Assembly: GCA_964057225.1 (NCBI GenBank)
Contig: OZ059900.1
Coordinates: forward strand, 806,001-870,000
Source: Auanema rhodensis
Lineage: Eukaryota > Animalia > Nematoda
Length of the DNA stretch: 64,000 nucleotides
Direction: 5' to 3'
Both the position numbers and the translations under genes were made by a program. Below, piece after piece: positions 58,701 through 64,000 of the stretch; within the stretch, counting starts at the first letter, position 1; each line of letters opens with the position of its first letter. The notes under the pieces were generated by a model, which did not search any database, was not told the origin of the DNA, and was given only the letters and a program-made list of their open reading frames with translations.

Positions 58701-61700
58701 ATACACGAAATAAGTCTATTTTTATGAGTTTGCACTGATATCTATTCATTTTGATCAAAAAAGGTCGAAAATAGAAAGAATTTTTGAAATTTCCGAGTTT
58801 TGAGTCCAATTTGGCTAAATCGCTCATATATATGATCAAAAGCATAGTTCTATTGTCTATAACAACAAAAGTCTTCAATTAAACGCTAGTGATGTTTTAA
58901 TACTGAATTTCGCTCAAATAGCATTACTACACTAAGTATGGTCGTTTTTATGCCTTTAACACCATATACTCACCGATTTTTGGTACAAAATCTGTAATAC
59001 TCGTAAATTTTGATCATATTCGTTAAGATTTGAGAATCAAACATACAATACACAAAATCAGTCTATTTTTATGAGCTTGCACTGATATATATTCATTTTG
59101 ATCAAAAAAGGTCGAAAATAGAAAGAATTTTTGAAATTTACGAGTTTTGAGTCTAATTTGGCTAAATCGCTCATATATATGATCAGAAGCATAGTTTTAT
59201 TGTCTATGACAACAAAAGTCATTAATTAAACACTAATAATGTTTAAATCACTAAATTTCGCTCAAATAGCATTACTACACTAAGTATGGTCGTTTTTATG
59301 CCTTTAACACCATATACTCACCGATTTTTGGTACAAAATCTGTAATACTTGTAAATTTTGATCATATTCGTTAAGATTTGAGAATCAAACATACAATACA
59401 CAAAATCAGTCTATTTTTATGAGCTTGCACTGATATATATTCATTTTGATCAAAAAAGGTCGAAAATAGAAAGAATTTTTGAAATTTCCGAGTTTTGAGT
59501 CCAATTGGGCTAAATCGCTCATATATATGATCAAAAGCATAGTTTTACTGTCTATGATAACAAAAGTCTTCAAATATACACTAATAATGATTAAATCACT
59601 GAATTTCACTCAAATAGCATTACTACACTAAGTATGGTCGTTTTTATGCCTTTAACACCATATACTCACCGATTTTTGGTACAAAATCTGTGATACTCGT
59701 AAATTTTGATCATATTCGGTGAGATTCGAGAATCAAACACACAATACACGAAATAAGTTTATTTTTACGAGTTTGCACTGATATTTATTCATTTTGATCA
59801 AAAAAGGTCGAAAATAGAAAGAATTTTTGAAATTTCCGAGTTTTGAGTCTAATTTGGCTAAATCGCTCATATATATGATCAAAAGCATAGTTTTATTGTC
59901 TATGACAACAAAAGTCATCAATTAAACGCTAGTGATGTTTAAATACTGAATTTCGCTCAAATAGCATTACTACACTAAGTATGGTCGTTTTTATGCCTTT
60001 AACACCATATACTCACCGATTTTTGGTACAAAATCTGTAATACTCGTAAATTTTGATCATATTCGTTAAGATTTGAGAATCAAACATACAATACACAAAA
60101 TCAGTCTATTTTTATGAGCTTGCACTGATATATATTCATTTTGATCAAAAAAGGTCGAAAATAGAAAGAATTTTTGAAATTTACGAGTTTTGAGTCTAAT
60201 TTGGCTAAATCGCTCATATATATGATCAGAAGCATAGTTTTATTGTCTATGACAACGAAAGTGATAAGTTAAACACTAATGATGTTTAAATCACTAAATT
60301 TCGCTCAAATAGCATTACTACACTAAGTATGGTCGTTTTTATGCCTTTAACACCATATACTCACCGATTTTTGGTACAAAATCTGTAATACTTGTAAATT
60401 TTGATCAAATTCGTTAGTATTCGAGAATCAAACACATAATACACGAAATAAGTCTATTTTTATGAGTTTGCACTGATATTTATTCATTTTGATCAAAAAA
60501 GGTCGAAATTAGAAAGAATTTTTGAATTTTCCGAGTTTTGAGTCCAATTGGGCTAAATCGCTCATATATATGATCAAAAGCATAGTTTTACTGTCTATGA
60601 TAACAAAAGTCTTCAAATATACACTAATAATGATTTAATCACTGAATTTCACTCAAATAGCATTACTACACTAAGTATGGTCGTTTTTATGCCTTTAACA
60701 CCATATACTCACCGATTTTTGGTACAAAATCTGTGATACTCGTAAATTTCGATCATATTGGGTGAGATTCGAGAATCAAACACACAATACACGAAATAAG
60801 TTTATTTTTACGAGTTTGCACTGATATTTATTCATTTTGATCAAAAAAGGTCGAAAATAGAAAGAATTTTTGAAATTTCCGAGTTTTGAGTCTAATTTGG
60901 CTAAATCGCTCATATATATGATCAAAAGCATAGTTTTACTGTCTATGATAACAAAAGTCTTCAAATATACACTAATAATGTGTAAATCACTGAATTTCAC
61001 TCAAATAGCATTACTACACTAAGTATGGTCGTTTTTATGCCTTTAACACCATATACTCACCGATTTTTGGTACAAAATCTGTGATACTCGTAAATTTTGA
61101 TCATATTCGGTGAGATTCGAGGATCGAACACACAATACACGAAATAAGTTTATTTTACGAGTTTGCACTGATATTTATTCATTTTTATCAAAAAAGGTCG
61201 AAAATAGAAAGAATTTTTGAAATTTCCGAGTTTTGAGTCTAATTTGGCTAAATCGCTCATATATATGATCAAACGCATAGTTTTACTGTCTATGATAACA
61301 AAAGTCTTCAAATATACACTAATAATGTGTAAATCACTGAATTTCACTCAAATAGCTTTACTACACTAAGTATGGTCGTTTTTATGCCTTTAACACCATA
61401 TACTCACCGATTTTTGGTACAAAATCTGTAATACTCGTAAATTTTGATCATATTCGTTAAGATTTGAGAATCAAACATACAATACACAAAATCAGTCTAT
61501 TTTTATAAGCTTGCACTGATATATATTCATTTTGATCAAAAAAGGTCGAAAATAGAAAGAATTTTTGAAATTTCCGAGTTTTGAGTCTAATTTGGCTAAA
61601 TCGCTCATATACATGATCAGAAGCATAGTTTCATTGTCTATGACAACAAAAGTCATCAATTAAACGCTAGTGATGTTTAAATACTGATTTTCGCTCAAAT

Positions 61701-62800
61701 AGCATTACTACACTAAGTATGGTCGTTTTTATGCCTTTAACACCATATACTCACCGATTTTTGGTACAAAATCTGTAATACTCGTAAATTTTGATCATAT
61801 TCGTTAAGATTTGAAAATCAAACATACAATACGCAAAATCAGTCTATTTTTATGAGCTTGCACTGATATATATTCATTTTGATCAAAAAAGGTCGAAAAT
61901 AGAAAGAATTTTTGAAATTTCCGAGTTTTGAGTCTAATTTGGCTAAATCGCTCATATATATGATCAAAAGCATAGTTTTATTGTCTATGACAACAAAAGT
62001 CATCAATTAAACGCTAGTGATGTTTAAATACTGAATTTCGCTCAAATAGCATTACTACACTAAGTATGGTCGTTTTTATGCCTTTAACACCATATACTCA
62101 CCGATTTTTGGTACAAAATCTGTAATACTCGTAAATTTTGATCATATTCGTTAAGATTTGAGAATCAAACATACAATACACGAAATAAGTTTATTTTTAC
62201 GAGTTTGCACTGATATTTATTCATTTTGATCAAAAAAGGTCGAAAATAGAAAGAATTTTTGAAATTTCCGAGTTTTGAGTCTAATTTGGCTAAATCGCTC
62301 ATATATATGATCAAAAGCATAGTTTTACTGTCTATGATAACAAAAGTCTTCAAATATACACTAATAATGATTTAATCACTGAATTTCACTCAAATAGCAT
62401 TACTACACTAAGTATGGTCGTTTTTATGCCTTTAACACCATATACTCACCGATTTTTGGTACAAAATCTGTGATACTCGTAAATTTCGATCATATTGGGT
62501 GAGATTCGAGAATCAAACACACAATACACGAAATAAGTTTATTTTTACGAGTTTGCACTGATATTTATTCATTTTGATCAAAAAAGGTCGAAAATAGAAA
62601 GAATTTTTGAAATTTCCGAGTTTTGAGTCTAATTTGGCTAAATCGCTCATATATATGATCAAAAGCATAGTTTTACTGTCTATGATAACAAAAGTCTTCA
62701 AATATACACTAATAATGTGTAAATCACTGAATTTCACTCAAATAGCATTACTACACTAAGTATGGTCGTTTTTATGCCTTTAACACCATATACTCACCGA
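55800..62800. repeat. Distinct sub-family domain with 5-mer (1737/1738 bp) periodicity
   Basis: Domain-specific alleles GAAATTTACGAG, GTCATTAGTT and AAGAGTCGAG (~56941, ~58678). A 1-bp deletion (GGTACAAATCTG) occurs at ~56205 and ~57942. ORFs 56258>57995>59733 and 60776>62513. Confidence 0.83.
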
Positions 62801-64000
62801 TTTTTGGTACAAAATCTGTGATACTCGTAAATTTCGATCATATTCGTTAAGATTCGAGAATCAAACACACAATACACGAAATGAGTTTATTTTCACGAGT
62901 TTGCACTGATATTTATTCATTTTGATCAAAAAAGGTCGAAATAAGAAAGAATTTTTGAATTTTCCGAGTTTTGAGTCCAATTTGGCTAAATCGCTCATAT
63001 ATAAGATCAAAAGCATAGTTTTATTGTCTATAACAACAAAAGTCATCAATTAAACGCTAGTGATGTTTAAATACTGAATTTCGCTCAAATAGCATTACTA
63101 CACTAAGTATGGTCGTTTTTATGCCTTTAACACCATATACTCACCGATTTTTGGTACAAAATCTGTAATACTCGTAAATTTTGATCATATTCGTTAAGAT
63201 TTGAGAATCAAACATACAATACAAAAAATCAGTCTATTTTTATGAGCTTGCACTGATATATATTCATTTTGATCAAAAAAGGTCGAAAATAGAAAGAATT
63301 TTTGAAATTTCCGAGTTTTGAGTCTAATTTGGCTAATTCGCTCATATATATGATCACAAGCATAGTTTTATTGTCTATAACAACAAAAGTCATCAATTAA
63401 ACGCTAGTGATGTTTAAATACTGAATTTCGCTCAAATAGCATTACTACACTAAGTATGGTCGTTTTTATGCCTTTAACACCATATACTCACCGATTTTTG
63501 GTACAAAATCTGTAATACTCGTAAATTTTGATCATATTTGTTAAGATTTGAAAATCAAACACATAATACACGAAATAAGTCTATTTTTATGAGTTTGCAC
63601 TGATATTTATTCATTTTGATCAAAAAAGGTCGAAAATAGAAAGAATTTTTGAAATTTCCGAGTTTTGAGTCTAATTTGGCTAATTCGCTCATATATATGA
63701 TCACAAGCATAGTTTTATTGTCTATGACAACAAAAATCATCAATTAAACGCTAGTGATGTTTAAATACTGATTTTCGCTCAAATAGCATTACTACACTAA
63801 GTATGGTCGTTTTTATGCCTTTAACACCATATACTAACCGATTTTTGGTACAAAATCTGTAATACTCGTAAATTTTGATCATATTCGTTAAGATTTGAGA
63901 ATCAAACATACGATACACAAAATCAGTCTATTTTTATGAGCTTGCACTGATATATATTCATTTTGATCAAAAAAGGTCGAAAATAGAAAGAATTTTTGAA

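Larger units (their letters stand above)
1..64000. repeat. Tandem satellite DNA array, 347/348-bp monomer, ~184 copies, single orientation
   Basis: GATCAAAAAAGGTCGAAAATAGAAAGAATTTTTGAA recurs at 1, 349, 697 and onward to the window end. ORF-track coordinates step in multiples of 347-348 bp. Monomer 1 has 95 G+C in 348 bp by hand count. No non-satellite sequence seen. Confidence 0.99.

Noticed and set aside
286-63743. About 90 short minus-strand ORFs (61-101 aa, core MSDLAKLDSKLGNFKNSFYFRPFLIKMN) as a tandem gene family
   Set aside because: They are the same frame in each satellite monomer, mostly with non-ATG starts and no recognisable domain. Premature stops (GAAACTAG at ~8356, 9052, 24671, 25366; GAAATTAG at ~46612, 60508) and frameshifts (A5/A7 runs) occur, and several are amplified. 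Common variants are largely amino-acid changing. Ribo-seq or proteomics would be needed to rescue them.
1-64000. CRISPR-like or cassette array of conserved repeats with variable spacers
   Set aside because: The variable segments are alleles of the same sequence, not unique spacers. The unit is far too long and there are no cas or integrase genes.

Overview
The whole 64 kb window is one uninterrupted head-to-tail tandem array of an AT-rich satellite DNA (about 27% GC in monomer 1). The monomer is 347/348 bp, giving roughly 184 copies in a single orientation. I found no credible genes, RNA genes, transposons or CRISPR arrays. The ~62-aa minus-strand ORFs are the same frame repeated in each monomer and are broken by stops and frameshifts in many copies. 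The interest is architectural. (1) The monomer looks like an ancient, diverged dimer of ~174-bp units (179+169). (2) Two near-invariant blocks alternate with two multi-allelic blocks that recombine in many combinations. (3) There is a nested hierarchy of higher-order repeats (2-, 3-, 5-, 6-, 8-, 12- and 15-mers) plus a ~16-kb tandem duplication. (4) A unique 70-bp duplication with 3-nt filler covers the conserved block at ~28 kb. (5) A 7-bp-deleted monomer acts as a lineage marker. This fits eukaryotic (peri)centromeric or heterochromatic satellite, but I cannot name the family or species from the sequence. Domain boundaries are approximate, read by eye from marker alleles and ORF-track spacing.
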